DNA from: Acholeplasmataceae bacterium
GTDB taxonomy: Bacteria > Bacillota_I > Bacilli_A > Acholeplasmatales > Acholeplasmataceae
Length of the DNA stretch: 64,000 nucleotides
Assembly: GCA_963675245.1 (NCBI GenBank)
Contig: OY775910.1
Location: 736,001 to 800,000, forward strand
Reading direction: 5' to 3'
Notes under the pieces: model-generated
The model's database searches: none
The model's input: the letters and a program-made list of their open reading frames with translations, nothing else
What the model was told of the DNA's origin: nothing
Program-made: the position numbers and the translations under genes
In this document: positions 36,658 to 45,700 of the stretch, piece after piece
Position numbering within the stretch: position 1 is the stretch's first letter
Layout: each line of letters starts with the position of its first letter

Positions 36658-36733
36658 GGCTCTGTAGCTCAGTCGGTAGAGCAAAGGACTGAAAATCCTT
36701 GTGTCGGCAGTTCAATTCTGCCCGGAGCCACCA
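36658..36733 (+). tRNA. tRNA-Phe(GAA), anchor (R0) of the cassette array
   Basis: GGCTCTG/CGGAGCC acceptor, AAGGA-CTGAAAA-TCCTT anticodon arm, CCA. Confidence 0.97.
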
Positions 36734-36747
36734 TGGAGACCTTAAAT

Positions 36748-36774
36748 AAGCCATTTATAGTGGCTTTTTCTTTT
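36748..36774 (+). terminator. Terminator of the rRNA/tRNA operon, copied in array repeats
   Basis: AAGCCATT-TAT-AGTGGCTT-TTTCTTTT. Confidence 0.85.
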
Positions 36775-36864
36775 ATAAAACGCTTAAAAGTCAATCATTT
36801 GATTATATATTGTCTAGATTAATTAAACAATGGTATAATAAAAGAAAATTGTTGGTGGGGATTT

Positions 36865-37416
36865 ATGAAAAAAATTCTAATAGTTTTATTGTTTATTTTT
36901 TTGCTAACTGGTTGTGCTAAACAACGAACGGAAAATATTGTTGAAGATTTAAATGAGAGCAGTAATTTTGAATATGGCTTATTAATAGAAGTCACTAGTG
37001 ATATTAAAACTCATTTCAATATTAGTCCCGGTTTTGGAGTATATACACTTTTTGATTCATCCATTGAAATAGATATTCAGCAGGAAAGCATTCTAAGTTA
37101 TATAGATGAATATGAAACAACCACATATGATGTAACAGCATATCCAGATTATTCTGATGGTGGAGAATATATTACAATGATTTGGACGACCGATCCAGAT
37201 GTTCATATTTATGACTTATCTGTAGGTGATTCATATACTGAAGAGGAACTAAGTGAATATATGTTATCTTTAGGATTCACTCGAACAAACGATTCAGAAA
37301 ATATATTTATGTATAATAAAGAGCGATTAAATATTTCGATCTTCGTTGAGAGTAACATCATCACGAAGATGTATGTAAGAGTAGATATTACTAATAGATG
37401 GAATATTCAGTATTAA
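36865..37416 (+). CDS. Cassette 1: hypothetical lipoprotein
   Basis: MKK plus hydrophobic stretch plus LTGC lipobox. Confidence 0.8.
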   Translation: MKKILIVLLFIFLLTGCAKQRTENIVEDLNESSNFEYGLLIEVTSDIKTHFNISPGFGVYTLFDSSIEIDIQQESILSYIDEYETTTYDVTAYPDYSDGGEYITMIWTTDPDVHIYDLSVGDSYTEEELSEYMLSLGFTRTNDSENIFMYNKERLNISIFVESNIITKMYVRVDITNRWNIQY

Positions 37417-37440
37417 TTAATAGAATGAATTAGTAAAAGT

Positions 37441-37538
37441 TGCTTGAAACGACTGAAAATCCTTGTGTCGGCAGTTCAATTCTGCCCGGAGCCACCATGG
37501 AGACCTTAAATAAGCCATTGATAGTGGCTTTTTCTTTT
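37441..37538 (+). repeat. R1: full repeat (TGCTTGAAAC, tRNA-Phe 3' half, terminator)
   Basis: Identical to 36687 onward through CCA and GGAGACCTTAAATAAGCCATT; one change in terminator loop. Confidence 0.97.
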
Positions 37539-37633
37539 GTATATGGGGAAGCTTGTCCTTGTATTAACCAAGTATTGTCCTCATTTGAAACTAATGCTAT
37601 AATTAAATTAATTAACACATGGGGGTAGAATTG

Positions 37634-38110
37634 ATGAAAAAAATAATTTTAATTTTTTTTGCAACATTCGTAGTTTTATTTATGTCAGCATGTAAACCAT
37701 ATACATATAACGGAAAAGAAATCGAGTCATTAAAATTCGTTGATATTGATTATTTTGGAGACTATAGACATGAATCAATCATTGATCTACAAAATGGAGA
37801 AGTACTCCACAGACAGTACTCGCCTGAAATCCCAACCCCAGATTATGAAATAGATTTTACATTTGATACTTCCGAAGTTGATTCTTTTTTGGATGAGTTT
37901 GGTTCATCAGGCATATTCAATTTAAAAGAAGAATATCATACAATCTATCATGTTGATGATGGTGGCGGATGGATATTTACAATTTATTATTCAGATGGAA
38001 CCGAAAAAACATCTACAGGAGATAATTATTGGTTAACGAAAGTTTTTGAAAAAGCAGGAACAGCGACTATCAATTTATACGGAGATAATTTATTTGATCC
38101 AGTACACTAG
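37634..38110 (+). CDS. Cassette 2: hypothetical lipoprotein
   Basis: MKK...MSAC lipobox; DDGGGW...Y.DG..K...GDN segment. Confidence 0.8.
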   Translation: MKKIILIFFATFVVLFMSACKPYTYNGKEIESLKFVDIDYFGDYRHESIIDLQNGEVLHRQYSPEIPTPDYEIDFTFDTSEVDSFLDEFGSSGIFNLKEEYHTIYHVDDGGGWIFTIYYSDGTEKTSTGDNYWLTKVFEKAGTATINLYGDNLFDPVH

Positions 38111-38127
38111 TCGATATATAGTTTGGC

Positions 38128-38224
38128 AGTATGAAACGACTGAAAATTCTTGTGTCAGCGGTTCAATTCTGCCCGGAGCCACCATGGAGACCTTAAATAA
38201 GCCATTTATGATGGCTATTTCTTA
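38128..38224 (+). repeat. R2: full repeat with several substitutions
   Basis: AGTATGAAACGACTGAAAATTCTTGTGTCAGCGGTTCAATTCTGCCCGGAGCCACCA...AAGCCATT..ATGGCT. Confidence 0.95.
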
Positions 38225-38268
38225 TTGAAGATGATATAATCAAAATATGATTTCAGGGGGTTACACTT

Positions 38269-38811
38269 ATGAAGAAGACTATTATATTTTTCATGATGAT
38301 ATTAATTTGTGTATTACTTTATTCTTGTAATGGATATAATAATTTAATGTATGATCACTTGAGTGATTTGAATAATTATATATCAGTTACGGGAACGATA
38401 GAAAATATAGTATTTTTTGATGCAGATTGGAATGAATTGAATTGGGATTTATCTGATGATGATATTCCGGATTTATATGAACACTTATGCATATATATCA
38501 AGTTTTACTCTGAAGATGACTATCTGCAATTCACAGGAACATCAAATATTCCCGAAAATTTTGAGTATCAGTCAGTATCTATAATGTTTGATATGATTAA
38601 AACAAATATTGAAATATTAAACGAGAATAGCTTTTTTAAAGAATCGATGATTGATGAAGAAGTTTCAATAGTTACTTCAAATTGGATATATATGGATACA
38701 AATTTTTTTCAAATAGTTGGGCTGAGCTTTGAGGAGATTTCCTACCTTGATCCAGAAGAAGGGTTAAATAATTATAGTACTTATATGGAAGACAATAGTT
38801 CATTGTTTTAG
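38269..38811 (+). CDS. Cassette 3: hypothetical acidic lipoprotein
   Basis: MKK...LYSC lipobox. Confidence 0.75.
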   Translation: MKKTIIFFMMILICVLLYSCNGYNNLMYDHLSDLNNYISVTGTIENIVFFDADWNELNWDLSDDDIPDLYEHLCIYIKFYSEDDYLQFTGTSNIPENFEYQSVSIMFDMIKTNIEILNENSFFKESMIDEEVSIVTSNWIYMDTNFFQIVGLSFEEISYLDPEEGLNNYSTYMEDNSSLF

Positions 38812-38821
38812 AAAGAAAGGG

Positions 38822-38919
38822 TACGTGTAACGACTGAAAATCCTTGTGTCGGCAGTTCAATTCTGCCCTGAGCAACCACGGAGACCTTAAATAAGCCATT
38901 TGTGATGGCTTATTCTTTT
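38822..38919 (+). repeat. R3: full repeat
   Basis: TACGTGTAACGACTGAAAATCC...CCCTGAGCAACCACGGAGACC...terminator. Confidence 0.95.
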
Positions 38920-39008
38920 GTAAATTCAGTAAAAGTCCTTTTGCTTACTACGTTTTGTCGAAAACTAAATAGTAATGATATAATTAAAGAAAACTTTTTG
39001 GGGATCAC

Positions 39009-39512
39009 ATGAAAATAGAATATTTTATGATTGAACTTAAAGACATTTTAAAATCCTATTACTGTATATGGTATTTTTCTGAAAATAGCGAAAAGGATTT
39101 TTTAGTTAAAAGCAACAATAAGATTGCCGTATTTGATTATATTGAATCTGTAATTTTATATGCAAGTGTGAATAATATTGGATTATTGGATGAAAAACAG
39201 CATGCAATATACGATTTAAATTATATTCAAGATTTAGTTAATGGAAAAACATCTCACATTGATTGTAGCGATATACTTGATTTTTGGAATATAGTTGATG
39301 CAATATGTAATACACTGAATATTGTTTTCATTGGATTGGAACATAGATTTGATAAACTGTATGATAAATTATTCAGAGGATGTAATACAATATTAAATAA
39401 AGAAATATACACACCTCAATGGAGTAAAAGCGAAATTAATCAGATAAAAAAGTTATTGACAGAATTCCTATTGATTATTAGCAATGTGTTAAAAGGTGCA
39501 CGAAACGACTGA
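39009..39512 (+). CDS. Cassette 4: hypothetical protein, stop codon lies inside R4
   Basis: GGGG RBS; ORF ends ...GARND-TGA within GACTGA. Confidence 0.75.
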   Translation: MKIEYFMIELKDILKSYYCIWYFSENSEKDFLVKSNNKIAVFDYIESVILYASVNNIGLLDEKQHAIYDLNYIQDLVNGKTSHIDCSDILDFWNIVDAICNTLNIVFIGLEHRFDKLYDKLFRGCNTILNKEIYTPQWSKSEINQIKKLLTEFLLIISNVLKGARND

Positions 39513-39594
39513 AATTCCTTGTGTCGGCAGTTCAATTCTGCCCGGAGCAACCACGGAGATCTTAAATAAGCCATTGATAGTGGCTTTTTCTTTT
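39497..39594 (+). repeat. R4: full repeat
   Basis: TGCACGAAACGACTGAAATTCC...GAGCAACCACGGAGATC...terminator. Confidence 0.95.
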
Positions 39595-39682
39595 GGAGAA
39601 TCATCAATAATCCCTTTGTCAACAATGCCTTGTCTAATTTTCATGAATAATATATAATTAAATAAAAAAGTGGGGAGTATAT

Positions 39683-39988
39683 ATGACACCAGAGATGGAA
39701 AAACTTTACAACAGTCTTAGTACGGTTAAAGTTAAAAATGTTGCACAAGCATATGATTATTTAGGTAACGAAGTAAATGGGCTTGATATGGATCATAAAT
39801 TGTCGTTTGAGATGACTCTAGAAGCTTTAAAGAACGTCAATAAAGATTATAAATTATTAAAAAAATATTATAAAGGTAAAATCGATACTAATCTTGAAAG
39901 TGTTTATACTAAGTATCCAGAAGATTCAGAAGAATATTTCTTTTTAAAGTGCTTAATTAGATTGACTGAATATAATGTCACGAGATAG
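39683..39988 (+). CDS. Cassette 5: hypothetical protein
   Basis: GGGGAG RBS, fills the interval between repeats. Confidence 0.75.
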   Translation: MTPEMEKLYNSLSTVKVKNVAQAYDYLGNEVNGLDMDHKLSFEMTLEALKNVNKDYKLLKKYYKGKIDTNLESVYTKYPEDSEEYFFLKCLIRLTEYNVTR

Positions 39989-40003
39989 AGGGTTTGACAT
40001 TTG

Positions 40004-40026
40004 TGTATGAAACGACTGAAAATCTT
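40004..40026 (+). repeat. R5: truncated repeat (core only)
   Basis: TGTATGAAACGACTGAAAATCTT. Confidence 0.9.
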
Positions 40027-40055
40027 TATATTTACTCGTAAAAGGGGAAGTTAAA

Positions 40056-40370
40056 ATGATATTGTCTGAAAAAACAGATTTAAGTTTCTTTCACGACTCA
40101 AGAGTTGGTGAGATTAATTATAATTATGCGAGCAAATCTTTAATTTTTCACTTGTGTTTAGATAGTTCATCATCAATTAGAAGAGAAGTTGAACTCAAAG
40201 CTAACATTGTTTTTTCTGTAGAATTAAATTCGATAGAGCCTTGGGGACCAGGAATATACATAAATGAGGTCACATTAGAAGATAAAATAGAATTTAAAAG
40301 GCTATCAATAATAATAAATTCAGGAGATATATTTGTTATTGATGCAAATTTATTTGAAATAATTATTTAA
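40056..40370 (+). CDS. Cassette 6: hypothetical protein
   Basis: AAGGGG RBS; FHDS...SGD.F.I.A pattern reminiscent of small immunity-type proteins. Confidence 0.7.
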   Translation: MILSEKTDLSFFHDSRVGEINYNYASKSLIFHLCLDSSSSIRREVELKANIVFSVELNSIEPWGPGIYINEVTLEDKIEFKRLSIIINSGDIFVIDANLFEIII

Positions 40371-40372
40371 CA

Positions 40373-40400
40373 TGCATGAAACGACTGAAAATCCTTGTGT
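40373..40400 (+). repeat. R6: truncated repeat
   Basis: TGCATGAAACGACTGAAAATCCTTGTGT running into TATAAT. Confidence 0.92.
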
Positions 40401-40455
40401 TATAATTATATAATTTAATAACAGGAACAAAAAACTAAGTAAGGAAGAAAATGTC

Positions 40456-40854
40456 ATGAAAACATTAAAGGATATTGAAATTAAGGATTTCAATGAAAGT
40501 AATCTCATTAGATTTAAAAATATAAATATTGATGAAGATACCGAAGTTTACAATGTCACCATGCATGTTTTTGTTAAGAATAATTTTCTACAATGCATAT
40601 CAGAATCATTGACTTTTCATTCTAAAGAACTGTTAACATTTTTTGATAACTGCAAAGACATTTATGATAAATTGACCGGAAACACAACTATTGAATCGAT
40701 AGAAAACAAAAAATGTATATTGACATTGAAAGCAATAAGCAAAGGATATATTGAAATATCTGGAACAATAGAGCAATTAATTGGTTCAAACAAGTGCGAA
40801 TTTACTCTACTTTTTGATCAAACATGTCTCAAGGATAAATTTAACATATCATAG
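40456..40854 (+). CDS. Cassette 7: possible WapI-like immunity protein
   Basis: L.G...IES.E...L.L.....GYIEISG.I...N..EF....DQT.L pattern, recognised from memory. Confidence 0.5.
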   Translation: MKTLKDIEIKDFNESNLIRFKNINIDEDTEVYNVTMHVFVKNNFLQCISESLTFHSKELLTFFDNCKDIYDKLTGNTTIESIENKKCILTLKAISKGYIEISGTIEQLIGSNKCEFTLLFDQTCLKDKFNIS

Positions 40855-40885
40855 AATTCTCAAATTATTATATTAGTGAAGTTGT

Positions 40886-40980
40886 TGCAGGAAACGACTG
40901 AAAATCCTTGTGTCGACAGTTCAATTCTGCCTGGAGCCACCATGGAGACCTTAAATAAGCCATTCAATATGGCTTTTTTT
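40886..40980 (+). repeat. R7: full repeat
   Basis: TGCAGGAAACGACTGAAAATCCTTGTGTCGACAGTTCAATTCTGCCTGGAGCCACCA...terminator. Confidence 0.95.
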
Positions 40981-41032
40981 ATTTCACTTTGATATAATTT
41001 AGTTAAGTAAATACGCAATTGGGGAGAAAAAT

Positions 41033-41455
41033 ATGATTAAATTCAGTTTTGTTAAATCAATCAAAAATGATTATGCTTTATTTGGTTCTGCAATAGTAGT
41101 AATACTGTTAATACCCTTTGTAGTTTATAATATTGTAAAAGGTGAATTTAATGCTGTATATGTTTTTGGATCAATAGATTTGTGCTTTATATTTTTATTT
41201 TTATGGCGGTTACTTGTAATCAAATCATATTTTAATGATTCTATAGAATTAGAAGGAACAATAACTAAAATTTGGTTTTATAAAGATAGAGGAAGAGTGG
41301 AATTTTACTATAAAATCGAAACCCGTGAATTTGGAAAGGGACATGCAATAATGAAGACAAAAGCTACTTTAGCATTAAATAAAGGCCAAAAAGTCAAACT
41401 ACTAATTAAAAATAGAAATCACCAGAAAGCAATTATTGCTGACTTGTATTCGTAG
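41033..41455 (+). CDS. Cassette 8: two-TM membrane protein (DUF3592-like)
   Basis: Two TM helices, then G.IT...RVEFYY...GQKV.L....N. Confidence 0.65.
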   Translation: MIKFSFVKSIKNDYALFGSAIVVILLIPFVVYNIVKGEFNAVYVFGSIDLCFIFLFLWRLLVIKSYFNDSIELEGTITKIWFYKDRGRVEFYYKIETREFGKGHAIMKTKATLALNKGQKVKLLIKNRNHQKAIIADLYS

Positions 41456-41478
41456 AAACATACAATATTTTATTTATG

Positions 41479-41500
41479 AGTATTAAACGGCAGAAAATTC
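41479..41500 (+). repeat. R7b: decayed core-only repeat
   Basis: TTAAACGGCAGAAAATTC vs TGAAACGACTGAAAATCC, 14/18, sitting between two ORFs. Confidence 0.55.
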
Positions 41501-41530
41501 AGTATTTTTGTGGAGAAACCAAATAGAATA

Positions 41531-41824
41531 ATGCAAAAGACTGATTATCGAAAAGAATTGCTTATTGAATTTTCTTTCCTTGATATTGACAAAAAAAGAG
41601 ATTATTCCTTATACAGACCTCATCTTGTTGTACAAGGAGATTCAGAATATTTAGGTATAGCGTTTTATGCTGATACCATAAAAAAAGAAGGAAATAAATA
41701 TACAGCAAGAATTCATTGCATATATGAAGGTGTAAATTATAATAAACTACTCTCAAATGTTTTATTTGAAATAAGGGAGGGACCCATTATTTTAGCTAAA
41801 GGAAGGGTATTGAAGGAATTATAA
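41531..41824 (+). CDS. Cassette 9: hypothetical protein resembling EF-Tu domain III (start may be GTG 41510)
   Basis: YRPHLVV...FEIREG..ILAKGRV resembles EF-Tu C-terminal YRPQF...FAIREGGRTVGAG. Confidence 0.6.
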   Translation: MQKTDYRKELLIEFSFLDIDKKRDYSLYRPHLVVQGDSEYLGIAFYADTIKKEGNKYTARIHCIYEGVNYNKLLSNVLFEIREGPIILAKGRVLKEL

Positions 41825-41840
41825 TCTAACGTCACCGGTT

Positions 41841-41927
41841 TGTATGAAACGACTGAAAATCCTTGTGTCGGCAGTTCAATTAACCAAGGAGACCTAAAAT
41901 AAGCCATTCTATGTGGCTTTTTCTTTT
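41841..41927 (+). repeat. R8: repeat with net 11-bp internal deletion
   Basis: GTTCAATT-AACCAA-GGAGACC replaces GTTCAATT-CTGCCCGGAGCCACCAT-GGAGACC. Confidence 0.93.
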
Positions 41928-42016
41928 ATATAAAGGGAGATTGTCGTTCTATCGATTGTATCTTGTTCAACTTTAATGAATAGTGTTATAATTAAAGAAA
42001 ATATTGGAGGGCCAAT

Positions 42017-42325
42017 ATGAACAAATATGTTAAGGGTTTAACATTTGAAAACATTATTGGTAAGTTAATTTTGGTTGGTATTACATACGAAAACAAAAAC
42101 GGTGATGTGTTGAGTTATAGACAATTTCATGGACGAGTTATACAAGCAGATTCAATTAAAGGTATAACAATTAAAAACGAAAGTAATCAAACATATAATT
42201 TACCACCAGATTTAAATTATTTTATAGTTGCTAAACCAGGTGAATATCGAGAAAAAGAATCGGGGATAGTCATTAGTGATCCAGATTATATCACCCAATG
42301 GATTTCAACACAATCAGACACATAA
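42017..42325 (+). CDS. Cassette 10: conserved hypothetical protein
   Basis: GGAGG RBS; GK.ILVGITY...QFHG...LPPD...A.PGEYR...DPDY...W. Confidence 0.8.
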   Translation: MNKYVKGLTFENIIGKLILVGITYENKNGDVLSYRQFHGRVIQADSIKGITIKNESNQTYNLPPDLNYFIVAKPGEYREKESGIVISDPDYITQWISTQSDT

Positions 42326-42361
42326 TTATTACTCATTGTATTATAATAACTTTATGAATAG

Positions 42362-42455
42362 AGTTTGAAACGACTGAAAATCCTTGTGTCGGCAGTTCAA
42401 TTCTGCCCGGAACCACCATGGAGAACTTAAATAAGCCATTTCGATGGCTTTTTTT
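42362..42455 (+). repeat. R9: full repeat
   Basis: AGTTTGAAACGACTGAAAATCC...CCCGGAACCACCATGGAGAAC...AAGCCATTTCGATGGCTT. Confidence 0.95.
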
Positions 42456-42709
42456 ATGACTGATTAGGGATGATTCTTGTCATGACTCACACTTGTTATC
42501 ATGAATAGATTAGTGCTATAATAATAGTTAATTGGTAATCGATAACTTAAACATATTTATCACAAGCAAAAGTGAATCATAATAATAAGAGTTATTGTTT
42601 CATTTCAACTCAATATAGACACGCATGTATAACTTCAGGGGACAGCATGGACATGGTGTTTTTTATTTAAGGATTTCATCCATATATGATAAGAACGGAA
42701 GGAGAACAT

Positions 42710-45700
42710 ATGAAAGGATCAAAACTATTCAATAGGGGGTTTTCTCTAAAACTACTCATGTTTTTAACGATGTGTTGTTTGATGTTACTTGTATCACCAA
42801 TTATTATTGTTGCTACTAAAAGTACACTAGTCACATCTTTTACCAGCAATTATAATGACCAAAATGAAGTCTATCAAGCGGCTAATGCATTTAACGAAGC
42901 GCTTGTTGAAGAAGGAATTGTGCTTCTAAAAAACGAGAATCAAGCATTACCGTTAGCTGCTGGATCTAAAGTTAATGTTCTGGGTAAGAATTCTCATGAT
43001 ATCGATCTTGGAAACACAACCATAGGTTCAATAAATTATGATGAAGCATTCATATCACCAATGACGTTATATGAGAGTCTGGAAGCAGTTGGTTATATAC
43101 TTAATCCTGACCTAATATCTTTCTACGAAAATGATAATTTATCAGGTACTGGTAGACATGTGTCAAATCTTGGCATATGGCCAGTACCAATCTCAATTGG
43201 TGAAACACCTCAAGAAAACTACTCACAAAGCCTATTAAGTACTTATGCTGATTATTCGGATGCATCTATTGTTGTATTCACCAGAATAGGTGGTATAGGG
43301 TTTGATTTGCCAACCACCATGACAGATGCTTTGGGTGATCCAGATGTCGGATCAGAAGAAGGAGACCATTACCTTGAGTTAAATTTGAATGAAGAGGCGT
43401 TATTATTATCACTCGAAAGTGATCCTAGCGTTAGTAAGGTCATTGTGATCATCAATGCTAGTCAACCGATGGAACTTGGCTTTTTAAACGATTCTGAGAC
43501 GTATTCTAAAATTAAAGCTGCGCTTTGGGTTGGAGGACCAGGAGTATCTGGTGTATCTGCCATTGGTCGTGTATTGGTTGGTGATATTAATCCATCAGGA
43601 CATCTTGTAGATACGTATATAACAGATTTTAAAACCGATCCAACATGGTTTAATTTAGTGAATCGTGAAAATAAAAACAGATATGGCATGATGATTGATG
43701 ATATGTTCACAGAAACGAATGTCAGTTTTGTCGATTATGAAGAGGGAATTTATGGTGGTTATCGTTATTGGGAAACTGCGGGTTTTGACGCCAATGACAA
43801 CTGGAGTTGGTATGACAATCATGTTGTCTATCCATTTGGTTATGGATTGAGTTATTCGACATTTAATTGGGAACTTGTTGGTTCACCTATTTTTCCAGAA
43901 ACACTCACAGTTGATTCAAGCATTTCAATAACCATTAGGGTTACGAATACTAGCAGTGTACCGGGCAAGGACGTTGTTCAACTATACTATACACCACCTT
44001 ATTATGATGGTGGTATTGAAAAATCATATATCAGGTTGGCTGATTTTGAAAAAACACCGTTGTTAAATCCTTCAGAATCAGCAGATATTACATTGACAGT
44101 TTCATTAAAGGATCTCGCATCATATGATTATCAGGATGCGAACAACGATGGATTTATAGGGTATGAACTTGAGGCGGGTAGTTATATCTTTAATGTCTTA
44201 CAAAATGCGAATATCCGTTCAACAAATGGTGTTTCAGATATGACCTTAGTCGTACCAGTGGCACCAGGAAATGGTGCAACTTCAGGACAGACTGGACTTC
44301 ATTTTGCCTATGATGAAGTCACGGGACACGAGATTGAAAATCTATTTAATGATGTATCACAAAAAGCGCTTAATGGACAGTTGGATAATCTTAACACACA
44401 AGCAGTTAAGGATAGCGGCGGTGTGATGCATGTGATGAGTCGTGCTACGGCTAAAGGAGGGCTATCTGGAACCATACCAATAGAATACCCAAGTGATGCT
44501 GATCGAACTATCACACAAACGTTTATTGATAACGGAAATATACCAGTAGATACCACATCACGTAATGTCGCAGATATCACACAACCATGGTATCAGACAA
44601 CATATCCAATTCAAGCTGAAAGTGAAACGGGCACTGTATCCGTTTTACTAAAAGATTTGATTGGTTTAGATTATAATGATCCACTATGGGAAACATTTAT
44701 GAATCAAATGACCTATCAAGAAATGGCGACATTAATTGGTGATGGTACATTCCATACGATACCGATATCAAGGTTAGGTAAGCCATGGTCCATTGAACTT
44801 AGTGGGACAACTGGCTTGATTCCAAGACAAGAGACGACGACGTTAGAATCTATGAATGAGGCAATTGCATGTGTTTATGCAACACAACCCGTTGTAGCGG
44901 CTACTTGGAATAAATCGTTGGTTTATGATTTCGGTGAAATGGTTGGTGAAGAATCTATTTGGGGTAATACTGAATTTGCTTATTCGGGTATTTATGCTCC
45001 AGGATTAAATATCCATCGATCACCATTTTCAGGACGCAACTTTGAATATTATAGTGAAGACGCTGTTCTATCAGCTAAGATTGCTAAAGCATTTTCGTCT
45101 GGTGCTTACTCAAAAGGACTTAGTACAATTATGAATCATCTTGTCTTAAATGAGCAAGAAACAAATCGAGAAGGACTCACTTCATGGGTGGATGAACAAA
45201 CATTGCGTGAAATATATTTATACCCATTTGAAAAAGTAATAAAAAATGGACAAACACATGGCGCGATGGTTTCTTATAGTAAGATTGGTAATACATGGAC
45301 CAGTACGAGTTATGCATTACTCACAGAACTTTTGAAAGATGAATGGGGATATGAAGGCATGATCATGACGGATTGGGTGACATATTCATCCAAAATGGAA
45401 TGGATGATTCGTGCAGGTGTTGATCTATTATTAACCGGAAATGAACCGGCGGTTTTAAATTATGAAGGTGAGGATTTAACGGCCACTCAAGCATGGGCAT
45501 TACGTAATGCATCAAAAGATGTTTTGTTCTATGTTGCAAATAGTAATGCTATGATTCCGAGATTATACTATGAAGGTGAATCATCTGAAGTCGAAGATTT
45601 CACAAGAGGAGTAGCGTATACACTTGATGTTTCTGGTGTACAGACAAATTATGAATTAGACACACCATTAAGTGTGACCTATACTGCTGAAGGATTACCT

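Noticed and set aside
37430..39689. Short ORFs overlapping repeats (37430-37618, 37440-37628, 38046-38228, 38672-38899, 39440-39625, 39489-39689)
   Set aside because: Their mutual similarity is just translated tRNA/terminator sequence; no RBS, and they overlap better-supported genes.
37441..42455. Extra functional tRNA-Phe genes
   Set aside because: Copies lack the 5' acceptor strand and D-arm, so they cannot form a cloverleaf.
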